A stretch of 64,000 bases of DNA from Spirochaetaceae bacterium (GTDB lineage: Bacteria > Spirochaetota > Spirochaetia > DSM-2461). The stretch lies in NCBI GenBank assembly GCA_965224705.1, contig OZ245056.1, forward strand, positions 1,088,001 through 1,152,000. The letters are read 5' to 3'. The position numbers and the translations under genes were made by a program. Shown one piece after another: positions 47,234 through 57,819 of this stretch. Position 1 is the stretch's first letter. Each line of letters starts with the position of its first letter. Under the pieces are notes generated by a model that was given only the letters and a program-made list of their open reading frames with translations, made no database searches and had not been told where the DNA came from.

Positions 47234-49129
47234 TTAATATCCCACGAATAAATACTCTTTAACATTGTTGTTATTTGAACCAATTTTATGAGATTGTGTT
47301 CCAAAAGAATACCTGTAATCTATGTCAATGACTTCAACATGCTGTTTGTATTGAGACATTAATTTAACCATTTCATCAAGAGTTGGAAGTGAATTTGAAG
47401 AATAAGATACTATCTGAATAGAATCTTTGAATTTCCGAAACAATCGGTTAAAAGCGCCATAGACTCCGTTCCTGTTGGAAAAAGGAGTTGGATAGCTTTT
47501 AAATTTTTTCGTTTTTGTATGGCATTGCATATCAACACCCTGCCAGTTACAGGCAATACCTTCTACAAAGTGATAACGCCGCACATATTCATTATCTGAA
47601 TGGAGACTGCAATAAGGTGGATCCATATAAACCAGATCTGCCTCCGGCCGAATTGTCATGGCATCCCCTCGTCGGGATTTGTTTGCCTGGGCATTATCAA
47701 AAACAGCTCGATTGTAAGCCCTTATAGCATCGAAGAATTGTTCTTCAAAGGTTTTCCGCAGATCTTTTCTGCCATCATCATGCTTGTATCCAACATATGT
47801 AAAAATGCCCCTGGGACGCTTCTTAAAGCAGGCTCTTGTAAGTGCCGATATGGCTATTGCTCGTTCATAAGAATTTCTCAGGTTTGGAATATTGGCACGA
47901 ATATTATCAATCAATATGTTTTCTTCGTCTGTAAAGTATAGTCCTGCAAAAGTGTTTTGAACAAAACGATCATTTTCTACCGATGTAAGTAGAGACTCGG
48001 CTTTGTTCATTGGTAAGACTGTACTGTTATTTTCAATGAGAGCTTTTGTATAGTTTGAACAGAGAGCCATGTAATCATTGGAGACAACTTTTTTCCCTTC
48101 CGCTTTCAGCATATAGCTCACTATTCCTGAACCTGAAAACAAATCCATTGCTGTATCGTATTCAAATTGTCTGATAACATTTTGAATATGCGGGATGAGT
48201 TTTGCCTTTGACCCCATATATCGTGTAGATGGATACTTTGAAACCTGCCCATAAAGAGCTCCAGGTTCCGGACAAACATAGAAATGCCTTCCTGGAGTAA
48301 CTGTTACGATAATATCTTCACCCTTTCGCTTACTTGCTTGGCTGTTGATATTTCGCCTGGTTTGATACACATCTAACTGATAGCGACTGTAAAGATCATG
48401 CACCAGGGGATGATTCGAATTCGTAAGAACCACATGACATCCCATTTCACTCAGCCGAGCTACTTCCACGGCGAGTTCTTGATGATCTTCACTGTAAAAT
48501 TGTTCTTTTGTATAGCGTTTAAAATCACTGTATTCTGAGACGGGGAGGTAGGGAGGATCAAGGAAAATAAAATCATTTGGCTGAGCATACTTCTTAAGAA
48601 CATCTTTGTAATCTTCACAAACAATTATTTTGTTCTGTAACAATTTGGAAGCTGCATATAAGTTATTCGTATCACAAATCTTAGGATTTGCATAGGCACC
48701 ATAAGGAACATTAAATTGCCCTTTCTTATTTACCCTATACAACCCATTAAAACAAGTGCGATTTAAGTAAACTGTTCGTGCTGCAGCTTCCACTGAAGAA
48801 AGCTCAGTCCAGTCTTTTTGTCTTTCCTGATAGAATATTTCCTTTTCGTTTTTATACGTGTTGAGTACATGCACTAATGAATCGATCTCATTGGCAATAA
48901 CACTATACAGGTTGATTAATTCTGGATTGGAGTCTGCAATAACAGCCTGTTCCGGACTGAGTGCGAAAAAAAGAGCCCCTCCTCCAATAAATGGTTCTAT
49001 ATATTTGCCATAATTTTTGGGTGTTCGTGTTAAAAGATATTCCAGAATTTGAGTTTTACCTCCCGCCCATTTCAAAACTGGCCTGGGCTGTGTGAAGCAC
49101 TCTTGCCCGTGAACCAGTGTATTTGACAT
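47234..49129 (-). CDS. Fused double N6-adenine DNA methyltransferase (two D12-class domains)
   Basis: Domain 1: KWAGGK, EPFIGGG, FNGLYRVNKKG, DPPY. Domain 2: RYMGSK, DLFSGSG, DPPY. ATG 49129 follows GGAGG. Low GC. Confidence 0.92.
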   Translation of the reverse strand: MSNTLVHGQECFTQPRPVLKWAGGKTQILEYLLTRTPKNYGKYIEPFIGGGALFFALSPEQAVIADSNPELINLYSVIANEIDSLVHVLNTYKNEKEIFYQERQKDWTELSSVEAAARTVYLNRTCFNGLYRVNKKGQFNVPYGAYANPKICDTNNLYAASKLLQNKIIVCEDYKDVLKKYAQPNDFIFLDPPYLPVSEYSDFKRYTKEQFYSEDHQELAVEVARLSEMGCHVVLTNSNHPLVHDLYSRYQLDVYQTRRNINSQASKRKGEDIIVTVTPGRHFYVCPEPGALYGQVSKYPSTRYMGSKAKLIPHIQNVIRQFEYDTAMDLFSGSGIVSYMLKAEGKKVVSNDYMALCSNYTKALIENNSTVLPMNKAESLLTSVENDRFVQNTFAGLYFTDEENILIDNIRANIPNLRNSYERAIAISALTRACFKKRPRGIFTYVGYKHDDGRKDLRKTFEEQFFDAIRAYNRAVFDNAQANKSRRGDAMTIRPEADLVYMDPPYCSLHSDNEYVRRYHFVEGIACNWQGVDMQCHTKTKKFKSYPTPFSNRNGVYGAFNRLFRKFKDSIQIVSYSSNSLPTLDEMVKLMSQYKQHVEVIDIDYRYSFGTQSHKIGSNNNNVKEYLFVGY

Positions 49130-49468
49130 TTTCCACCCCTCCTGATTTACCTCAATATATATTATCATACACATAGAATTACCACCAATTCTGTATGGTT
49201 GTTTCTATGCTTTATTTTTAGGCAGCCCAATCTCTTTAAATATCTTTCCTGCCAATTCTATTCCCTCTGTACGGTTACACAGTGTTCGAAAGCTTGTTAA
49301 TGGTATTAATGAAAGCAAAACAATTGTCCGTTACGATCAGGCATCACAGTTATTCAATCGCTTGGAATTTAAAAGTGACGGCAGTAGTAGTTTCTGGACG
49401 GGGAAAAAGGAAGTAAGATTTGAAAACCTTCAAGAAAGGTTCTTTGGGTAGTATTTTCTCATCAACTG

Positions 49469-50563
49469 TTATGCTCTTTGAGAAGACTTTCGGACAACTA
49501 ATTCGGCATCAACCAGCATCTTTCTTCCAGGATGGTCAGGATTCTGAATTCTTGTATACATTGTTTTGACAGCCAGAGTCCCAAGTGTGTCGCAGGGTTG
49601 ATGTATGCTGCTGAGAGGCACTCTCATCAACTGCGCGTATTTCAAATCATCAAACCCGACAAGCCGCAGTTGATCCGGCACGATAACACCCAGTTTCTCC
49701 AGAGAGACCAATAAATACGCAGCGGTTTCGTCACTGACACAGACGATATCTTCAGCCCCGGATTTCACCAGTTCTCCACAACGACTGACATCTTTGGTAT
49801 CGATGGAATGTTCCCACTGCGGATTCGGTGATAGACCATGTTCAAGAAGTGCCAGCCGGTAACCATGCAGCCTCAATACTGCCGTTGTGGCCGTAAATGG
49901 ACGGGCAATGAAATCAACTCGCGTGGCTCCCTGATCCAATAAGTGCTTTGTGACAAGAAAACCAGCGCGAATATTGTCAATCCCCACAAGGTCAAAACGG
50001 CTGCGTTCCGGGAAGGCAAGGTAATCGGCGTCAAGTAAAACTATCGGTATATTGTGTTCTGAGAACAGATTAATAACATCTGTATTGCAGCTCACTCTTT
50101 CCGGGTGCAGTTCCATTGGCTGCAGAAAAACTCCGTCAACCTTCAGGTCAATGAAATTTCGTGCGATTCGAAGGAGTTCTTCCCGGTTATCGCCGTGGGC
50201 CGAGGAAGCCCCCCATGACAGGGAAAAACGGTCCGAGGCTATTTTCTCGGCGATTTTGGCACAGATGGGTTCAAAGATCTCCCCCCTCCCCAGTCCGGGA
50301 ACCAGCAGTCCGAATGTTCTGGCAGAGCTTTTTTGCTCATTGCTGGCGACATAGCTGCCCGATCCAACGCGGCGGGTTATCAGCCCCTCGGCAACAAGAT
50401 CGTTGAGTGCCCTTGTCACCGTTGGACGAGAAACATCAAACTGGCTGGCAAACTCCCGTTCTGTGGGAAGTCGGCTGCCTGGCATGAATTTCTTATTCTT
50501 GATTTCATGGCGAATCAAATTGATTATTGATTCATATTTCTTTGTCCCATGCTGAGGACTCAT
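49469..50563 (-). CDS. GntR-HTH + LacI-sensor regulator (AraR-like)
   Basis: PG.RLPTE......VSR.TV..AL..L..EG.I.RR.GSG; VGFDD, LSSIHQP. Confidence 0.9.
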   Translation of the reverse strand: MSPQHGTKKYESIINLIRHEIKNKKFMPGSRLPTEREFASQFDVSRPTVTRALNDLVAEGLITRRVGSGSYVASNEQKSSARTFGLLVPGLGRGEIFEPICAKIAEKIASDRFSLSWGASSAHGDNREELLRIARNFIDLKVDGVFLQPMELHPERVSCNTDVINLFSEHNIPIVLLDADYLAFPERSRFDLVGIDNIRAGFLVTKHLLDQGATRVDFIARPFTATTAVLRLHGYRLALLEHGLSPNPQWEHSIDTKDVSRCGELVKSGAEDIVCVSDETAAYLLVSLEKLGVIVPDQLRLVGFDDLKYAQLMRVPLSSIHQPCDTLGTLAVKTMYTRIQNPDHPGRKMLVDAELVVRKSSQRA

Positions 50564-50662
50564 TATTTACCTCTTTTCTTGAAAAGCATTGACGGATTTA
50601 TATTTCCAATATATACATTTATATATCCAATTATAACTATTGGAAAGGATTACTACCTGTTA

Positions 50663-52033
50663 ATGCAGCTTTTTCTTGGATTGGACATTGGAACCACCTC
50701 TCTTTCTCTTGTTGTTCTTGACATTGAAAATGGAAATGAACTGTTTAAAACGAACATACAGCACGAATCCCGGAACATTGAAGACCTGTCAGATGAGTAT
50801 ACACTGAATCCTGATAAAATTCTCAATGAAGCGTTGAAACTTGTATTTTCGGCTGTGAGCCAGTATCCGGACATACAGGGAATCGGAATCACAGGTCAGA
50901 TGCACGGAATCATTCTGGTCAATGGATTGGGCCGTGCAGTCAGTCCTGTCTATACCTGGCTGGATATGAGATCGACCAGGCAGGGAGCCGATGGAATGTC
51001 TCCTCTTTCAGCCATGGCCATGGAAATGGGCAAAACACTTCCTCCAGGATATGGTGCGGCAACGCTGTTTGCTCTGGAAAGGGATGGGATGGTTCCTGAT
51101 TCTGCCGCAGCGTTCTGCACAATGCCCGACTATGCCGCCATGAATCTGGTCGGCAGGAGTCAGCCTGTCACAGATCCTGCACTGGGGCACAGTCTTGGTT
51201 TCTTTGATATCGATACGGAATCCTTCCAGTTAGACATCTGGAAGAAGATAACATCATTGAACCTGCCTGAAGTGCTGCCATCAACAACGATGATCGGTTT
51301 GTATAACGGTAGAATACCTGTTACTGTCGCTACCGGGGATAATCAGGCCAGTTTTCTTGCATCAGTTCGTGATCCTGAGCGGGCGATTCTTATAAATATT
51401 GGCACAAGTGGTCAGATCGCCTGCCTGGAATCAAAGAAAACCTCCCCAATCAATCCGCAGCTGGATATTCGTCCATTTCCAACCGGAGAGAAATTGATTG
51501 TCGGTGCCAGTCTATCGGGTGGGAAGTCCTTCGATGTTCTTGCGGATCTTATAGCGGATATTGTGAATCGTGCTGTTCCTGATACCAGATTCAATCCCTA
51601 TGATGTCATCGACAGTTTTGAAACAGCAGATGACAGCAGGAATAGCCTTATTATTGATACAAGCTTTGCCGGAACACGGCTGGACCCATCCAGAACCGGG
51701 ACAATTGAGGGCATAACGCTTAAAAACTTCACAATTGAGCAATTATATTGGGGTTTTTCTGCCGGGATGATTCGAGAGCTGCGAACGATGCTGGAACCAG
51801 AGATGACTCCCTCCAGTGATGCCTACACGGTGATATCTGGTAACTCAATTGTCAAAAACCGATCCCTTCAATTGGAAATCGCAAAACAGTTCAATACTCC
51901 AGTGATGATGCCGCGGTTTAAAGAGTCCGCTGCCCGGGGCGCGGCCCTGATTGCATCGGCCCGTGCTCATCCAGCCCAACTCCATGAACTCGCGGTCAGG
52001 GTGATTACCTACGACACCATGCCGTCAGGTTAA
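50663..52033 (+). CDS. FGGY carbohydrate kinase (sedoheptulokinase-like)
   Basis: LGLDIGTTS, ITGQMHG, TWLD.R, GYG.ATL, GDNQAS, NIGTSGQ, AARGAA. Confidence 0.88.
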   Translation: MQLFLGLDIGTTSLSLVVLDIENGNELFKTNIQHESRNIEDLSDEYTLNPDKILNEALKLVFSAVSQYPDIQGIGITGQMHGIILVNGLGRAVSPVYTWLDMRSTRQGADGMSPLSAMAMEMGKTLPPGYGAATLFALERDGMVPDSAAAFCTMPDYAAMNLVGRSQPVTDPALGHSLGFFDIDTESFQLDIWKKITSLNLPEVLPSTTMIGLYNGRIPVTVATGDNQASFLASVRDPERAILINIGTSGQIACLESKKTSPINPQLDIRPFPTGEKLIVGASLSGGKSFDVLADLIADIVNRAVPDTRFNPYDVIDSFETADDSRNSLIIDTSFAGTRLDPSRTGTIEGITLKNFTIEQLYWGFSAGMIRELRTMLEPEMTPSSDAYTVISGNSIVKNRSLQLEIAKQFNTPVMMPRFKESAARGAALIASARAHPAQLHELAVRVITYDTMPSG

Positions 52034-52870
52034 ACCAAATTCCCGTGCTTTATTCCCCAGAAACGCAACACCGTCAGTAATCATCTTCTCCGGGTCTTTT
52101 ACAATATCCCTCCACATGCAAGTTGCTCTCAGAATATCTTCATTCAAACTGACAAAAGATTCCATAATCAGCGCACCTTTGAATCCAATTTCGGCAAGGC
52201 CGGAGAAAACATCATCCCAATCCACGGTACCGGTACCAGGTGTTCCGCGATGGCTCTCCGACAGATGAATGTATTCCAACCTTTTACCAGCCGTGCGTAT
52301 GGCATCGCTGAAGGATTCTTCTTCAATATTCAGATGGTATGTGTCCAGATGGATGAACATGTTATCTGAGTCTATTCTGTCCATAAGTTCAACAGCTTGT
52401 TGTGAAGTATTGATCAAATAAGTTTCATAGCGGTTTACCGGTTCAATGCCAAGTTTTACCCCTTTTCCCCTGGCATATTCCGCTGTTTTTCGAAGAACAT
52501 CCGCTATGATACGATAATCTGATTCTTCGGGACGCCTTCCCGGCAGCTCTCCAAGTGTACCATAAAGCACACCCGTCAACCGATCACCGCCAGCTTCGCT
52601 TACAGAATTGACCGCACGTTTTAACTCTTCAAATGCTCCTTCAGGATTCTCCGGAAGACTCCTCTCAGAGGGCAGTCCCAGAGAGTAAGCTGCCGTGATA
52701 CCGGATTCCATCAGGAGTTTTTTCGTTTTCGATGCGTCAAAGGTTTCCGGGTGCAGCATGGGTATCTCAACGATGTTCAGCCCAAGACGGGCCGCCTCAG
52801 AAATAACACGGGCACCAGTCGCATTGTTCCATTCCTTTTCCCATACAAAAGCATGAGCTCCAAACTCCAT
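52025..52870 (-). CDS. D-tagatose/D-psicose 3-epimerase family protein
   Basis: EPVNRYET, HLDTYH.NIEE, HLSESHRG.PG.G, MESF metal and catalytic motifs. Confidence 0.88.
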   Translation of the reverse strand: MEFGAHAFVWEKEWNNATGARVISEAARLGLNIVEIPMLHPETFDASKTKKLLMESGITAAYSLGLPSERSLPENPEGAFEELKRAVNSVSEAGGDRLTGVLYGTLGELPGRRPEESDYRIIADVLRKTAEYARGKGVKLGIEPVNRYETYLINTSQQAVELMDRIDSDNMFIHLDTYHLNIEEESFSDAIRTAGKRLEYIHLSESHRGTPGTGTVDWDDVFSGLAEIGFKGALIMESFVSLNEDILRATCMWRDIVKDPEKMITDGVAFLGNKAREFGLT

Positions 52871-52902
52871 ATTTTTCTCCTATCAGTCCCGGTTGGGACA
52901 AT

Positions 52903-53943
52903 CTATTCAGATCTTCTGCTGTCAGGCAGAGTTTTCCTTGATAAAAGCTGACGCTGATTCTGCCAGTGACGATATGCTATCGCACCAATCAGCAGGGCAC
53001 CCCAGATCGCCACAGTTGCAAATGACCGGATACCCACCAGGTTCAAACCGCTTGTGATCATTTGAAGAATAACAAGGGCCATTATCAAACCGGAAACCTT
53101 GCCGAATCCGCCATCGGGGTTGACACCGCCCAGCATACAGATCAATACGGTCTGGAGCAGAAGGGATGAGCCCTGTCTTGCATTGGCCGAATTGAAACGT
53201 GCAAGCATGATAATGGCCGCGACTCCTCCCAGGGAAGTGGACAGTATATAGGCTTTCACCAGTTCCCTGCGGACATTCACGCCTGAAAACTCTGTGGCGG
53301 ACGCATTGGAGCCGATGAAGTACAGATGATTACCAAATGGACGCCGTCCAAGAACAACTGTTATTGCAAAGGCAGTACCAATCAAAACGAAAAGCGGTAT
53401 CGGCAGTCCCAGAAATCGGCCATTGCCTATTATCAGGAATTCTTCCGGAAGACCTGAAATGACGAATCCCTTCGTGATGGCCAGAGTAATTCCTTCGTAC
53501 AGAATCATTGTTCCGAGAGTGGCCAGAACGGCCGGAACTTCCATGTATCCAATAAGCCATCCATTTATAAATCCAAGAAACACAGAAAAGAGGAGTCCAA
53601 CAGCAATGGTCAATAAAACCATGATGATAACCACCGATTGAGATGCCTCAGGAGGAAGGAGCCGGGTCAGAAGAAGGGCCATCACGACTGCGGAAAGATT
53701 GGCAGAGCTGATAATAGCCAGATTTATACCGGCTGTTATCATGGCAATCATCATTCCCAGGGATAACAGGCCCAGCTCAGGCAACTGAACGGCAAGGTTT
53801 AAAATACTGTCCCTTCCCAGGAATTTCCCCCCGGTTGCCAAAGTCATGACAATGATGGTTGCGGCCAACAGCCATGGCAGTACGGAAATATCGGGATTTC
53901 GAAGATGCCAATGTCGGCTGCCCCGTGCAAGTTTACTGAACAT
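52903..53943 (-). CDS. Monosaccharide ABC transporter permease (CUT2)
   Basis: TAGINL, VP.VLATLGTM, IGSN..A..FSGV, LGGV. Confidence 0.9.
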   Translation of the reverse strand: MFSKLARGSRHWHLRNPDISVLPWLLAATIIVMTLATGGKFLGRDSILNLAVQLPELGLLSLGMMIAMITAGINLAIISSANLSAVVMALLLTRLLPPEASQSVVIIMVLLTIAVGLLFSVFLGFINGWLIGYMEVPAVLATLGTMILYEGITLAITKGFVISGLPEEFLIIGNGRFLGLPIPLFVLIGTAFAITVVLGRRPFGNHLYFIGSNASATEFSGVNVRRELVKAYILSTSLGGVAAIIMLARFNSANARQGSSLLLQTVLICMLGGVNPDGGFGKVSGLIMALVILQMITSGLNLVGIRSFATVAIWGALLIGAIAYRHWQNQRQLLSRKTLPDSRRSE

Positions 53944-54997
53944 CGATAACCCTTTCACGCCGTCTAGCCAGTACAGTTCTCGTGGCCGTGATGCTGATGC
54001 TGATAAGAACAATGGAACCAATGAATACCTGATGCCAGAAAGACTGCACTTTGAGAATGGTCAGGGCATTGGTTATGACGGCAATCAAGGCAACACCAAG
54101 CAATGTTCCTCCGACTGTGCCGGCACCTCCGAAGATACTGGCTCCTCCCAGTACAACGGCAGCGACAACATCAAACTCCTTCCCCACCAGGGCATTCGGG
54201 GCAACTGTTTGAGTATTGAGTGTGTGGACGATTCCAGAAAGCCCGGCTGTAAATCCAAGGAAAGAATATGCGAAGACTCTCAGCTTAAAGATACTCAATC
54301 CCGCACGTCTGCATGCTTCCAGATTCCCGCCCAGTGCGTACAGGCGGCGCCCAAGACGAAGATACTTGAGAATCAAGAATGCAAGTACTGCAACCAGTAT
54401 CCAGATGAGGGTGAGGATTGATAAACCGTACTCAGCTCCATTTGAATCTGTAAAACTGAATATGAATTCTCTTCCTGTGTTCTGAAACCACTTTGGGAAG
54501 TCATAAATCCATCGGCCGCCCGATATAAGCTGAAGAAGTCCGTAGTAGATATTCAGATTTGCTATGGCCACAATAATGGAGGGTGCCCCCAGTTTGTGGA
54601 TGATGAACGCATTGACTGCCCCCAGAGCTATTCCTGTGGCTAATGGAACGAAGACAACCAGTATCGGCGAGATTTCCGGGAGATTTGCCATGAGGAGGGC
54701 CATGAGATATTGCGCAACAGTTGCTGTTGCGAAAAAGGAGATATCAAGGCCGCCAGCGATGAGTACAAACAGGAAGCCTATGGACAGTATCCCGGTATAA
54801 GAATAACTCTTGAGGATCTGAAAACCGTTTCTCGCAGTGAAGAAGCTGGGGGCTGCCAGAGAAATAGAGGCAATGAGAATTACCAGAATCGCAAGGAGAC
54901 TGATCTCATTTTTTTGAAAAAGATTTCTCAGCAGCTGCCGGGATCGACTTGTTTCGTTACGCAAGGTTAAACCTCTCAAGTAATTCCTTTTCTGCAT
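53933..54997 (-). CDS. Monosaccharide ABC transporter permease (CUT2); start probably TTG 54964
   Basis: GGLDISF, GR.LYALGGN..A.RRAG, E..V.AAVVLGG.S..GG.GT. Confidence 0.9.
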   Translation of the reverse strand: MQKRNYLRGLTLRNETSRSRQLLRNLFQKNEISLLAILVILIASISLAAPSFFTARNGFQILKSYSYTGILSIGFLFVLIAGGLDISFFATATVAQYLMALLMANLPEISPILVVFVPLATGIALGAVNAFIIHKLGAPSIIVAIANLNIYYGLLQLISGGRWIYDFPKWFQNTGREFIFSFTDSNGAEYGLSILTLIWILVAVLAFLILKYLRLGRRLYALGGNLEACRRAGLSIFKLRVFAYSFLGFTAGLSGIVHTLNTQTVAPNALVGKEFDVVAAVVLGGASIFGGAGTVGGTLLGVALIAVITNALTILKVQSFWHQVFIGSIVLISISITATRTVLARRRERVIDVQ

Positions 54998-56444
54998 CTG
55001 GCCCCGGTATCACTTCGTCGATGATTCGTCCCCGATCCATCACCAGAACCCTGTGGCAGTTCGACAGAACTTCATGGACTTCATCTGAAATCATAATAAT
55101 GCCAAGTCCTTCAACCGCCAGTTGTTTGATGAAATCATGGACGCTGTTTTTTGCCAGTACATCAATACCGACTGTTGGTTCATCCAGAATAAGGATTCGT
55201 GGATTGGTAGCCAGCCATTTCGAGAGCACAACTTTTTGCTGATTACCTCCCGATAGAGTCTGAACCGGTGCATTCAGATCTGGAATCTTGATTGAAAGTT
55301 CATCAACCCATCTGGAAGCTTCTTCAACCTGAGCCTTCTCATCCAGAAGTCCCAGCCAGCTGGTCAGCCTTTCCAGGACTGTTACCGTTGTATTCGACAG
55401 GATGGACTGAGGCATGACAAGGCCCTGCTCCAGACGGTTTTCAGGCACATAGGCTATTCCAGCCTGTGCAGCAGTTTCATTGGCCGTAAGTTTGAGATTG
55501 CTTCCATCGAGAAGCACCCTGCCTCCGTCCGGAGAATTCATTCCAAAGAGGCTGAGAGCCAGTTCTGTTCGACCGGATCCCAATCGTCCTGTTATGCCCA
55601 GAATCTCGCCCTTATGCAGAGTGAATGAAATATCCTGATAGTTATCCCGTTTCGAAAGATCCTCTACAACAAGAAGCTCTTCCTGATTCTTGAGAACCTC
55701 CGGTGGTTTCACCAGAACCTTTTCACCCGTCATGAGGTAAACAAGCCTGTCCCTATCCAGTTCTGAGGGCTGATATACCCCAATCTTTCTGCCATCCCTG
55801 AAAACAGTGACTCTCTCCGCAATCTCGAATATTTCGTTTAGCTTATGACTGACGAACAAAGTTGCAATTCCTCTGGACTTCAATCGGGTAATGATGTCAA
55901 AAAGAAGATCGACCTCAGTTCGTGTCAATGAGGCTGTGGGTTCGTCAAGAATCAGCAGTTTAAGATCGCTCATGATGACACGGGCAATTTCAACCTGCTG
56001 CTGTTCAGCGATGGATAATGACGCAACCGGTTTATCCAGATTCAGTTTCAAACCAATAAGCTCTGTTGCTTCCCGTGCACGTGATTCAATCATTTTCCAG
56101 TTCACATGAATACCGGGAGTGTCACGGTACAGACTGAAGGCTATATTCTCCTTTGCCGTGAGATTCGGAAACAGGGCGAGATCCTGGTAAATCACTCTGA
56201 TTCCGCGATTCATTGCTTCTCGGGCGGTTAAGGAAATCAGATTTTCGCCGTCAACGCAGATCTTTGCGCCGACTTCCGGCTGTATAACTCCGGATATAAT
56301 CTTTATAATCGTTGATTTACCGGAACCATTCTCACCCACAAGGCAGTGGACTTCACCTGAATGCAGGGTGAGATCCACCGCATTTAATGCACAAACCCCG
56401 GGATAGAGTTTTGTTATGTTCTCAAATTTGATTACTTCTCTCAT
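54957..56444 (-). CDS. Sugar ABC transporter ATP-binding protein (double NBD)
   Basis: GENGSGKST, LDEPT, SHKL.E, LSGGNQQKV. Confidence 0.95.
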   Translation of the reverse strand: MREVIKFENITKLYPGVCALNAVDLTLHSGEVHCLVGENGSGKSTIIKIISGVIQPEVGAKICVDGENLISLTAREAMNRGIRVIYQDLALFPNLTAKENIAFSLYRDTPGIHVNWKMIESRAREATELIGLKLNLDKPVASLSIAEQQQVEIARVIMSDLKLLILDEPTASLTRTEVDLLFDIITRLKSRGIATLFVSHKLNEIFEIAERVTVFRDGRKIGVYQPSELDRDRLVYLMTGEKVLVKPPEVLKNQEELLVVEDLSKRDNYQDISFTLHKGEILGITGRLGSGRTELALSLFGMNSPDGGRVLLDGSNLKLTANETAAQAGIAYVPENRLEQGLVMPQSILSNTTVTVLERLTSWLGLLDEKAQVEEASRWVDELSIKIPDLNAPVQTLSGGNQQKVVLSKWLATNPRILILDEPTVGIDVLAKNSVHDFIKQLAVEGLGIIMISDEVHEVLSNCHRVLVMDRGRIIDEVIPGPDAEKELLERFNLA

Positions 56445-56469
56445 AATCAGCCCGGGGTCAATTATAATA

Positions 56470-57477
56470 CTAGAATCCGAACGAGTCAGCGTTTTGAGCT
56501 GTTACTTCCGCCGGTGCATGAAAAGTAACAACCGAGCCGTCGATGGCTATGGGCCCGTTCTTCGGCAGATCACCCGCATTCTCCGGAGTGCCGCCCTGGA
56601 GAAGATGTCGCACAAGATAGGCGGAGTCCCAGCCAATATTGTACGGATTGCTTATGTAGTTCGCATTAATTGTACCCTCTGTAAGATAGGATTTCGCCTG
56701 ACTGGGAACCGATCCGCCGACAATGGCGATATCATCCCGATTCAGGGAGGTCGTCGCCTGAGCACCGCCGATTGCTCCCAGGCTGCCGATGTACATAACT
56801 CCTACAAGATCTTCGTAAGCGGCTATCAGCTCCAGAGTTCGATCCTGGGCATCTTCAACACTTTCCGATCCTTCCAGTCGAGATGTTACCTGATACAGGT
56901 CCGGATATGTTTTTTCCTGATGCACGACGGCCATATCGGCTCTTTGATTGTGCGATGTAACCGTTAGCCCCCCCACCATGATGGCATAGCCGCCTTTTGT
57001 TCCAGCTTCACGAACAAAAAGCTCCATCATATCACTGCCGTATTTCTCGGCGATAAGGAACTCAATATCCAGATCCGCATTCTGAATGCCCGGTGCTTCC
57101 TGAGATATCATGAGGATGCCGGCTTCACGTCCTTTTGCCATGATGGGTTCCAGAACTTTTGTGTCATTGGGAACAACGACAATGGCATCCGGCTGCTGTG
57201 CTATGGCATCTTCAAGAATCCGTGCCTGAGCTGCCGGATCCGTGTCAGGAGCTCCAACAACGGAAATTGACAGATCTCCGACTTCTTTCGCATAATCTTT
57301 AAATCCATTTTCCATTGCAGTGAACCATGGGATCCCAACCAGCTTGGGTAGGAAGATAATCCGATAAGCGTCATCATCCTCTTCTGTGACACCACCAGCA
57401 AAACTGCCCAGCGTTACACCCGTTACAAGCATCACAACCAGGGTTCCCTTCAATATGGAAACCAGTAAATTATTCAT
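56470..57477 (-). CDS. Sugar ABC transporter solute-binding protein (LsrB/RhaS-like)
   Basis: PKLVGIPWF..M..G, DPA.Q...ED.IAQ, VVPND. ATG 57477 follows AGGAGG. Confidence 0.88.
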   Translation of the reverse strand: MNNLLVSILKGTLVVMLVTGVTLGSFAGGVTEEDDDAYRIIFLPKLVGIPWFTAMENGFKDYAKEVGDLSISVVGAPDTDPAAQARILEDAIAQQPDAIVVVPNDTKVLEPIMAKGREAGILMISQEAPGIQNADLDIEFLIAEKYGSDMMELFVREAGTKGGYAIMVGGLTVTSHNQRADMAVVHQEKTYPDLYQVTSRLEGSESVEDAQDRTLELIAAYEDLVGVMYIGSLGAIGGAQATTSLNRDDIAIVGGSVPSQAKSYLTEGTINANYISNPYNIGWDSAYLVRHLLQGGTPENAGDLPKNGPIAIDGSVVTFHAPAEVTAQNADSFGF

Positions 57478-57819
57478 ATAGCGCCTCCTAAAATCAGCTA
57501 TCATTGATTTTAACGTCCTGGTAAAAATATATCAATACCAATTATGGATTTTTTCCTTACCATTATGTTTTCCAATACGAAACTTGGTAATTACTTCTAT
57601 TCCAATGATGAGGCTGGAAATCAAATTCAATTCTTTGTGCCATTGAGTAAAGGAAGACTGTTGTAATACAATGCTTACCGGACGCCTCAAACATATCTAT
57701 TCCGCTTCCAGGTGTGATCCTTTTTGCCGCTGCGGCATTGTCAGGATGTCGAGGTATTCCCTGAATGTGATGAGGCCCTGCTCATCTTCAACCGGATTAT
57801 CATGTAAGTGAGGTGATTT

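Noticed and set aside
49270..49452. Open frame SVRLHSVRK...QERFFG* upstream of the MTase
   Set aside because: No start codon or recognisable motif; it may be another gene fragment but cannot be supported.
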